The translations under genes were made by a program, and so were the position numbers. Under the pieces are notes generated by a model. The model made no database searches, was not told the origin of the DNA, and saw only the letters and a program-made list of their open reading frames with translations. Shown here piece after piece: positions 26,210-34,077 of a stretch of DNA of 64,000 bases; the first letter of the stretch is position 1, and every line of letters starts with the position of its first letter. This DNA is from Dehalococcoidia bacterium (GTDB taxonomy: Bacteria; Chloroflexota; Dehalococcoidia; Lucifugimonadales; JAGWBF01), in the NCBI GenBank assembly GCA_963663025.1, contig OY760073.1, positions 1,897,354 to 1,961,353 on the forward strand, given 5' to 3'.

Positions 26210-26450
26210 GGTAGCTGCACACCCCCATGTTTTCCGGCACGAGAAGGGTGCAGTCGCACCCCCTCCGTTTGGCCAGCAGGGAGTACACCAGGCACCACAT
26301 CACCGCCGAAGGTTCAATGAACTCGCAAGTCCGCAAATCAATCTCCACGCTGGATTCTCTGAACTCGGAAGCCCGGGGGTCTGGCACAGCGAACCCCTTC
26401 AAATTGCCTGGATGATTAAACCTGGGTAAGGGTACAAACCTCACAGGCAT
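26210..26450 (-). pseudogene. 5' part of IS-disrupted STAS-GHKL ATPase gene (STAS-like domain)
   Basis: MPVRF...IDLRTCEFIEPSAVMWCLVYSLLAKRRGCDCTLLVPENMGVCSY. Removing the IS plus one target-duplication copy joins it in frame to ...LKSLGMFDILKEKG of 23599..24204. Confidence 0.7.
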
Positions 26451-26536
26451 CGGCCCTCTGAAGGCTCCTCCGGGGCCAGCCCGCCCCCCATCTCCCAGTC
26501 CATCGGCACAGCACCCTCTATCTGATACATGGCTCA

Positions 26537-26545
26537 AGTATAACA
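26537..26545 (-). promoter_or_regulatory. extended -10 promoter (TGtTATACT) for the STAS-GHKL operon
   Basis: Reverse complement reads TGTTATACT about 85 nt upstream of ATG 26450. Confidence 0.3.
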
Positions 26546-26564
26546 GCACGCCGGGCAAGAAGGC

Positions 26565-27322
26565 CTTTATCCCCCTCACCCCAGCCCTCTCCCACCAGGG
26601 GAGAGGGAGCCCCAATATCTCCCCCCTCCCTTGATGGGAGGGGACTAAGGGGAGGGTGAAGCACTGAAGGGAGCCATCCTGCTAGCCGGCAGCGCTCCGT
26701 CCTGGATTGCGGCCTTCGCCGCAATGACGAACAAGGTGGAGGGCGCCCCAGCCGTTCGTGCTGAGGCTCTCGAAGCACGAAGGGAGGGTGAAGGACGAAC
26801 CCCACCGTCATTGCGGCGTAGGCCGCAATCCAGGAAACACAGGCCGGGAACAGGCCGCCCATACCGTCCCCCCTGTCCGTTCGCCCTTCGAGTCCCCTCA
26901 GGGTGAACGGCTGTACAGGCCCACGCCCCCCGATTCTCCCCTTCGAGTCCCCTCAGGGCGAACGGGCAATGCGGCTGACTCCCCCCGTTCGTGCTGAGCA
27001 CCCCCTGTCCGTTCGTGCTGAGGCTCTCGAAGCACGAAGGGGCAGACCGCCCCTGCACTAGAGCCATCCTGGAACCCGGCAGCGCTCCGTCCTGGATTGC
27101 GGCCTACGCCGCAATGACGAATATCCTTGCAATGATGAAAAGCCTGGGGGGCCCAGGGCCAGGAAGGCGTCGGGGGTGAAGACAACGCCCCCACCGTCAT
27201 TGCGGCGTAGGCCTCAATCCAGGAAACCTAGGCCGGAGGCAGGCCGCCCATACCGTCTCCCCTGCCCGTTCACCCTTCGAGAGCCTCAGGGCGAACGGAC
27301 GGCTTCCCTCAGGGTGAACGGA
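26565..27322. repeat. REP/BIME-like mosaic array 4
   Basis: Modules C-D-A-B-A-B-B-B-A-A-B; first 184 bp nearly identical to 22492..22675. Confidence 0.9.
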
Positions 27323-27395
27323 CATCCTGGCCCGGGCGGGAGGGGGTGAAATTGGAAAGGGAATCCACTTTGGGACAGAAAGACGCAAAAATACC

Positions 27396-27425
27396 TTGAC
27401 AATAAAAATGGGTTGGTGTTAGAAA
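27396..27425 (+). promoter_or_regulatory. sigma70-like promoter of the large surface-protein gene
   Basis: TTGACA (27396-27401), 17-18 nt spacer, TGTTAGAAA extended -10; implies a leader of about 155 nt. Confidence 0.5.
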
Positions 27426-27585
27426 TAGTACTGATCCTTCACTGGAAAGGGTTTCTTGTGTATTATTCTGCGTTGAACACTGGTCGCCGAACCCTGCCCA
27501 GTTCCGGAGTTGCGAACCGGAAGGATAGAAGTGGCAAAAATATTCCAGCTCTGGTGAACCAGGAAGCAAAAGGGGAGAGGAACTG

Positions 27586-30500
27586 ATGAAGATTCAAAGG
27601 TCCAGGTACTTTCTAGGCGGAATAGGCGTACTGCTCCTGCTCTTAGTGGGCGCATTGTGGGCAGTGGCTGCCGTTGCTTCTCCTTCCGGACAAACCCAGG
27701 GGACCATCGCGTTGGATGACACCTACGTGAGGTCCGACTGCGGCGCCGGCTCTGCCGACGACTGCACGCTCAAGGTCACGGTTAACGATGCCGACCTGAG
27801 CAAGCCCGTAGCGGTCGGCCACGGCAAAGACCGCAGCGTGAGCGTAACTATCACCAAAGAGGTCAGCGCGGCCAGGTTCAACACCCTGGTTGTCGATATT
27901 GACGGTGGCATGGCCTTCACGGCCCAGGACGCGGATGATAAGGGGACTGTCTCTCACACACCGGACCGGGACGGCGTGCTCCCCATAGTCGGCAGCGTCT
28001 CCATTGACTACGACAACAGCACTGGTATCGGCTCCTCTAAGAGCCCCGACGTCGAAGTGGCCCGTGATCGGGTGCAGGGCGGCAAGCAGCTGATCGATCT
28101 GAAGCTTAACAAAAACCTGGACGCTAACGACGTTATCGCCCTGTCCTACAACACCTCGGATGAAGAGGGAACCGTCGCCTCCGTCAGGGGCGACGAAGGC
28201 ACCATGTACCTGAACCTCCAGGAGCAGCTCGGCGGGACCGAGTCGGGCTTCGGCGGCCAGGGCAAGTACGCCGGGACCTTCGAAGTCGCCAAGAGCGTCA
28301 CCATAGATGTGAACGACATCAAGGGCGAGCAGCACATGGTCCCCGCCGGGCTACGGAGCGGAAGGCAGTTCACAGAGAACCTGGAAGTCGGAGATGCCGA
28401 CATTGCCGATAACGGGACCGTAGAGGTTACAGTCAGCAACCCCACCCTGCGGGACAACGACAAAGACGGCGACATTGCCGACGACATTAAGATCCTCAGG
28501 GGAGAGGTGGAAGACCCGGTTGTCGTCAATGCCGGGACGGGAACGATAACGTTCACCGCTACCGATGACATCAAGGCCAACTCCACCATCAGGATCAGCT
28601 ACTACGGCGACGATCACTTCAACATAGACCTGGACTACAGCCCCGCGCGGGATGACCTGACAGAGTCCGACATAGCGGTTCCCCAACCCGGCATGTTCAG
28701 CGACCTCTACAAGTGGCGCAAGGCCACCAGAAGCCGCATAACCCTCAGCGTGGAGGCGAACACGCCTTCCAACGGAGCGGTCCTGGCAGTCTCCTACAAG
28801 GGTACCCAAACGGTCGTTAACCAGGACGGAGACATAGCTGCCGGAGGTGAATTCGAAGTCGAGCTCATAGAGAGGGCGAATACCGTGCCCGTTAACATCA
28901 CCGTGCTTGGCGACAACGGAAGCACGACCGATGTGAACGCGGTCGCCACGGGAGATGGCAAGACCTGGGCGCGAGTCACCTTCACGGCAGGCGCCGACCC
29001 CGTTAAGGACGGCCAGTCCTTCTACATACACTACGACGACATGGAATTCCCCAAGGCCTTCAACCCCCAGAACGCCCTGGACGCCGAAGCTACCACCAGG
29101 CCCATCCTGAAGGTCGATCCCAGCCCGGCGGGCGAGGCCCGGGCCATCTATGATGATGTCACCGGAGGCGATGCCAGCATCGTGGCAACGGTGGAGAACT
29201 CGGGGCCGTCGGTGAGCGGCGCGTCCCCGGCCAACGGCAGCTCCTTTGCGCCGGCCAACGCCCCCACCCTGTCGGTCGTCATCACCGACATGCCTGCGCC
29301 ACCCCTGGGGTCCGGCGTGGACACAGATACGGTCGAGTTCTACGTCAGCACCGCCGGCGCCAAGACGATGACGGGAGGCCAGACCTTCACCGGTGACCTG
29401 AGCACCGACGACGCGGGCGTCGTAACGGCTTCCCTGCCTCTCATCAACGACCCCAACAAGCGGACTGACGAGTTGAACATCAAGGACGGGGATGCACCGA
29501 ACATCAGCTGGTGGGTGACAGTCGCGGACAAGGTCGGGAACGAGACCACCAGCGACGCCAAGCCCGACGACAAGGACGACAAGACCACCGACGATGTGGG
29601 CAACCAGCCCTACACCCTGAAGATAGACACCACCGCCCCCAAGTCGGTTGACGAAAACACGGTGACGGGTCAGTACTACGATGCGTCCGAGAAGGACTCC
29701 TCCAAGCGCATCAAGGACAACCGTCGCAACAGCATACGGCTGGCCTTTGACGACCCCATTAACGCCGACAGCGTGGACGCCGACGACTTCACGGTTACGT
29801 CCGGCGGCGCGACCATAGCGGTTGAATCCGCGGACGTACAGGGCAGCGACATCTACCTGACCCTGGCCGAAGACCTGTCTTCGGATGCGACCCCCACGGT
29901 GACCGTCCTGGCCACCGACGACCGGATCACAAACACGGCGGGCAACATGCTGGCCACGGGCGACATCAAGGTCAGCGACTATATCGACCCCGGCATCAGC
30001 GTGTCCCTGTCCAAGAGCCTGAGCACCGGCGACCTGAGCGTGACCGTCGCCACCGACGAGGACATAATCAGCGTTCCCTCGGTTGACCTGTACTTCGGCG
30101 ATACCAGGATACGCGCCGTGGGCAGCGCCAAGCGGACCTCGCCCACGGTCAACGAGTGGACCTTCGCGGTCACCATAACCGAGCGGGCCGACGGCTCCGA
30201 TGACGGAGACAACAACGACTCCGATGGCGTGTACAGCGTGATTTCAAGCGCCCTGGACAAGGCCAGGAACCGGGCCGAAGTGGGCAACAAGGACACCTCG
30301 AAGGACAACGCCATCAAGTTCGAGATAGACACCGACCTGGACAACCTAATGGTTGAGGACGACGGGGACTTCGACACCCTGTCCTCGGGCGACCTGGTGG
30401 GCGAGACGGACATCTACTATTTCGGCCTGAAGTGGAACGACGACAAGGAGTACGACGGGGACAGCCACAAGGGCGTTACCCTGACCACCGCCGTGCTGAA

Positions 30501-31281
30501 CTCGGGCGACAAGGACAACGAAGTGGACCTGACGGCGGGCATAGATCCTGCCGGCTCGGCGACCAGCTTCACCATAACGGCCGAGGGCCTGCCCAAGGGC
30601 AAACACACCCTGACGGTCAGAGGTGTGGACGATGCCGGGAACAAGTCGGAGAACGTCACGATAAACTTCACGATCACCGAGCTCTCCTTCGACTTCCAGC
30701 TACGGCGGGGCGTGAACCACATCTCCCTGCCCAGGAACCCGGCTAACATGGACATCAACGCGGTGTTCGGAGAGGTGTCCCAGGTAACCTCGGTGTTCAC
30801 CTACGTGGACGGCACACCCAAGGCAGCCTTCCGCGACCCGGCCACCAACGAGTTCGTGGGCGACCTGACGCAGATAGACGCCAGCCATGCCTACGGCGTG
30901 GAGTCCACGGGCAGCGTGAAGATAACCATAGCCATACCCAACGTGTCGGGCAGCGTGGCGCCCCCGACGGTGATGGTGAACCAGGGCTGGAACTTCGTGC
31001 CTGTGATCACCCTGGACGACATCAACGTGATCAACGACCAGCCCGTGATGGACGCCGACGCGTACCTGGGCTTCGGGTGGACCAGCGGTTGGACATTCTT
31101 CAACAGCAGGTGGACATCCATAGCGCCCGATCCCAAGAACGACAACCTCAACTGCGACAACGACGCCCAGGAGAGCGGTGAGGTGCACATAGGCAGAGGC
31201 TACTGGGTGTACTACGAGGGCGCATCGAGCCTGAACCCAGGCTCAGTACCCACCAAGGCAAGCTGCACGCCTAGCTCGTAG
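27586..31281 (+). CDS. large acidic secreted/cell-surface protein (S-layer- or adhesin-like)
   Basis: 1231 aa; GGGGAGAGG RBS; N-terminal signal/anchor GGIGVLLLLLVGALWAVAAVASP; D/T/V-rich beta-type sequence with Ig-like segments (e.g. DADDFTVTSGGATIAVESADVQGSDIYLTL). Confidence 0.8.
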   Translation: MKIQRSRYFLGGIGVLLLLLVGALWAVAAVASPSGQTQGTIALDDTYVRSDCGAGSADDCTLKVTVNDADLSKPVAVGHGKDRSVSVTITKEVSAARFNTLVVDIDGGMAFTAQDADDKGTVSHTPDRDGVLPIVGSVSIDYDNSTGIGSSKSPDVEVARDRVQGGKQLIDLKLNKNLDANDVIALSYNTSDEEGTVASVRGDEGTMYLNLQEQLGGTESGFGGQGKYAGTFEVAKSVTIDVNDIKGEQHMVPAGLRSGRQFTENLEVGDADIADNGTVEVTVSNPTLRDNDKDGDIADDIKILRGEVEDPVVVNAGTGTITFTATDDIKANSTIRISYYGDDHFNIDLDYSPARDDLTESDIAVPQPGMFSDLYKWRKATRSRITLSVEANTPSNGAVLAVSYKGTQTVVNQDGDIAAGGEFEVELIERANTVPVNITVLGDNGSTTDVNAVATGDGKTWARVTFTAGADPVKDGQSFYIHYDDMEFPKAFNPQNALDAEATTRPILKVDPSPAGEARAIYDDVTGGDASIVATVENSGPSVSGASPANGSSFAPANAPTLSVVITDMPAPPLGSGVDTDTVEFYVSTAGAKTMTGGQTFTGDLSTDDAGVVTASLPLINDPNKRTDELNIKDGDAPNISWWVTVADKVGNETTSDAKPDDKDDKTTDDVGNQPYTLKIDTTAPKSVDENTVTGQYYDASEKDSSKRIKDNRRNSIRLAFDDPINADSVDADDFTVTSGGATIAVESADVQGSDIYLTLAEDLSSDATPTVTVLATDDRITNTAGNMLATGDIKVSDYIDPGISVSLSKSLSTGDLSVTVATDEDIISVPSVDLYFGDTRIRAVGSAKRTSPTVNEWTFAVTITERADGSDDGDNNDSDGVYSVISSALDKARNRAEVGNKDTSKDNAIKFEIDTDLDNLMVEDDGDFDTLSSGDLVGETDIYYFGLKWNDDKEYDGDSHKGVTLTTAVLNSGDKDNEVDLTAGIDPAGSATSFTITAEGLPKGKHTLTVRGVDDAGNKSENVTINFTITELSFDFQLRRGVNHISLPRNPANMDINAVFGEVSQVTSVFTYVDGTPKAAFRDPATNEFVGDLTQIDASHAYGVESTGSVKITIAIPNVSGSVAPPTVMVNQGWNFVPVITLDDINVINDQPVMDADAYLGFGWTSGWTFFNSRWTSIAPDPKNDNLNCDNDAQESGEVHIGRGYWVYYEGASSLNPGSVPTKASCTPSS

Positions 31282-31307
31282 GCATCCCCCAAGACCCGGA
31301 CCCGGAA

Positions 31308-31345
31308 GAGGGGCCCCGCCAGTCGGCGGGGCCCCTCGCTTTTTC
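31308..31345 (+). terminator. intrinsic terminator
   Basis: Perfect 13-bp stem GAGGGGCCCCGCC-AGTC-GGCGGGGCCCCTC followed by GCTTTTT. Confidence 0.85.
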
Positions 31346-31362
31346 TGCGGGCCATACATCCT

Positions 31363-32380
31363 CGTCGTTCCCGCTTGCGCGGGAACCTGCGCTGGCTCGG
31401 CGCAGGGCGTCCGTTCGCCCTGAGGCTGTCCGTTCGCCCTTCGAGAGCCTCAGGGTGAACGGACAACACGGGCCAACCTGTCCCAGTCCCTGACTTTCCT
31501 GGATTGCGGCCTTCGCCGCAATGACGACACCCCCGTTGATGCTTCGAGTTCCCCCTTCGAGAGCCTCAGGACAGGCTCAGGGTGAACGGACAGCGGCGGG
31601 GCAGCCTGGCCCAGTCCCTGACTTTCCTGGATTGCGGCCTTCGCCGCAATGACGAAGGACGTGGATGATGTGAGAAAGGGCAGGGGACGCAAGGCCAGGT
31701 AGGGCGATGGTGTAACGAAAGGCCTCCCGTCATTGCGGCGGAGGCCGCAATCCAGGACGGAGCACTGCCCGGTACCAGGCTGGCTCCAACATTACGATGA
31801 ACGCGGCGAACGATGCGGAATCTCAGTTAGTGTTGCGTTGGGGCACCTGGATTCATTCCAAAGTTTCCTGGATTGCGGCCTTCGCCGCAATGACGAAGAG
31901 CGTGGCGGGTGAGAGCTGTCCGTTCGTCCTTCGAGAGCCTCAGGGTGAACGGACGCCCCGATCCACCCTAGTCCCGGTCTGACTTTCCTGGATTGCGGCC
32001 TCCGCCGCAATGACGGAGGACATGGATGGTGTGAGCAAGGGCAGGGGACGCAAGGCCAGGTAGGGCGATGGTGTAACGAAAGGCCTCCCGTCATTGCGGC
32101 GGAGGCCGCAATCCAGGACGGAGCACTGCCCGGTACCAGGCTGGCTCACACCCCCTACCGTCGTTCCCGCGAAACTTGTCCTCGTGAAAACGGGGAGGGG
32201 AAACCTATGCTGGAATGCAGCAGGGCTGTCCGTTCACCCTTCGAGAGCCTCAGGGTGAACGGGCAACACGGGCCAACCTGTCCCAGTCCCTGACTTTCCT
32301 GGATTGCGGCCTTCACCGCAATGACGGCGTCCCCCGTTCATGCTTCGAGTCCCCCCTTCGAGAGCCTCAGGGTGAACGGA
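31363..32380. repeat. REP/BIME-like mosaic array 5
   Basis: Modules E, B, A (about 7 copies) including a 168-bp segment duplicated at 31619..31786 and 31980..32147. Confidence 0.9.
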
Positions 32381-32419
32381 CAGCAGCGGGAGGGACGGGA
32401 AGTGGGGTGGGGTGAGGTC

Positions 32420-33310
32420 TTACCCGGAGCGGGGGAGGCCGCGGGGTTCGAGGAGGACGATGCGCAGCTCGGCGGGGAGGCTGGTGGCGGAGATGGTGAG
32501 CCTCGGCTGGGGGGCCACGTCCCGGATGCCCATCTCCCGCAGGAAGTCGTCCACGGCGCCCAGGTCAGCCGACCGGGCCGGGGGAGCATCCTGCCGGGGA
32601 GGCTCCTGCTCCTCGGGCGCAGCCGCGGCGGGCGCGGGCTGGTCCGGCGGAGGCGTGGTGGGGGCTGGCTGGGAAGAACCACCCATCAGCCCTTCGAGCC
32701 CAAGCTGCCGGATGCCCCCGGTCTCCCCAGACTCGGGCTCCTGCCCGTCGTCCGTGGGGGGTTCATCCTGGACGGCTGTGGCGGCCGGGGCGGATGGCGT
32801 TGAGGCGAAGCGCAGGCCGGGCAGTCGGTAGTGCATGGGCACCACAACCCTGGGTCCCAATGCCCGCACCATTTCGGCGGCGCCGGGAGCGTCGATGGTG
32901 CACCCTCCGCCCACGGGGATGAGGAGGATGTCCAGGGGGGACAACTCCTGCACCTGGCGGGGCGTGAGGCGGGCGCTGACATCCCCCAGGTGGCACACCC
33001 GCAGGCGCTCGATCTCGAACAGGTAGGCGGTGTTGCGCTTGGAAGGGGGGTCGCCCGCGCCCTTGGGGGTCATGACGCCGGTGACGTAGATGCCCGACAG
33101 CTCGTACTCGCCGGGCCCGTCCAGCACCCTGGGCGCGCCGGCCAGGGCTTCCCGGCAGCTATGGTTGGGGTGCCGGTGGCTGACGGTAGCCAGGGTGGGG
33201 GCCGGCTCCCGCAGCTCCAGGCCGATGGACGGCGGGAATGGGTCCGTGATGATGGATGTCTCATCGGACCGGATGCGAAAGCACGAATGTCCCAGCCATG
33301 TTAAGTCCAA
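32420..33310 (-). CDS. MBL-fold metallo-hydrolase with internal Pro-rich insertion
   Basis: MDLTWLGHSCFRI, VSHRHPNH, LIPVGGG, VVPMHY blocks; low-complexity P/A/E segment before the conserved C-terminal LGAVDDFLREMG...IVLLEP. Confidence 0.8.
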   Translation of the reverse strand: MDLTWLGHSCFRIRSDETSIITDPFPPSIGLELREPAPTLATVSHRHPNHSCREALAGAPRVLDGPGEYELSGIYVTGVMTPKGAGDPPSKRNTAYLFEIERLRVCHLGDVSARLTPRQVQELSPLDILLIPVGGGCTIDAPGAAEMVRALGPRVVVPMHYRLPGLRFASTPSAPAATAVQDEPPTDDGQEPESGETGGIRQLGLEGLMGGSSQPAPTTPPPDQPAPAAAAPEEQEPPRQDAPPARSADLGAVDDFLREMGIRDVAPQPRLTISATSLPAELRIVLLEPRGLPRSG

Positions 33311-33360
33311 GTTACGACCTGCCTCACTTTGTTTTCCTCATCACCTCTAGCGCCGGAGAT

Positions 33361-33907
33361 CCATTCTCCCCCCTCCCTTGATGGGAGGGGATTAAGGGGA
33401 GGGTGATACGCATCCCCAGGGGCAACATCCCCATGTTGATCCCCCTCACCCCAACCCTCTCCCACCAGGGGAGAGGGGGTAGGGAGCTTCTCCCGTTCGC
33501 CCTTCGATTTCCCCCTTCGAGAGCCTCAGGACAGGCTCAGGACGAACGGACAGCCTATGCTGCTTTCCAGCATAGGTTCCCGCTTTCGCGGGAACGACGA
33601 CTTGATGTTAACCGCCACTTCCGTCGGAGATCCATTCTCCCCCCTCCCTTGATGGGAGGGGATTAAGGGGAGGGTGATACGCATCCCCAGGGGCAGCATC
33701 CCCATGTTGATCCCCCTCACCCCAACCCTCTCCCACCAGGGGAGAGGGGGTAACCGGGGAGGGCGACACGCTCCCCAGACAGCCCGGCCGTTCGCCCTTC
33801 GATTTCCCCTTCGAGAGCCTCAGGACAGGCTCAGGACGAACGGACAGCACGGGGCGGCCTGATCTCGGCCTGACTCTCATGGATTGCGGCCTTCGCCGCA
33901 ATGACGA
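33361..33907. repeat. REP/BIME-like mosaic array 6
   Basis: Two D-C-B units (period about 275 bp), then modules E and A. Confidence 0.9.
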
Positions 33908-34017
33908 CGCAATGCCGGATCCCAGAGGGGCAACGGCTGAGGAAGTATAGCTGGCGGGGAAGGGGGGAGTCAACGTTTTCAGCTACGATTATCGATTCAA
34001 TATGTCAAGCCGATTCC

Positions 34018-34046
34018 TTGACAGTGGACAGGCGTCGTGTTAACTT
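34018..34046 (+). promoter_or_regulatory. sigma70-like promoter of hrcA
   Basis: TTGACA (34018-34023) - 17 nt - TAACTT (34041-34046). Confidence 0.5.
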
Positions 34047-34077
34047 CCGTTAACTAATCCGACACCCTGCCAGCACC

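Noticed and set aside
27643-29031. 230-aa and 226-aa minus-strand ORFs inside the large surface-protein gene
   Set aside because: These are shadows. The plus frame is uninterrupted for 1231 codons and has a signal peptide, RBS, promoter and terminator.
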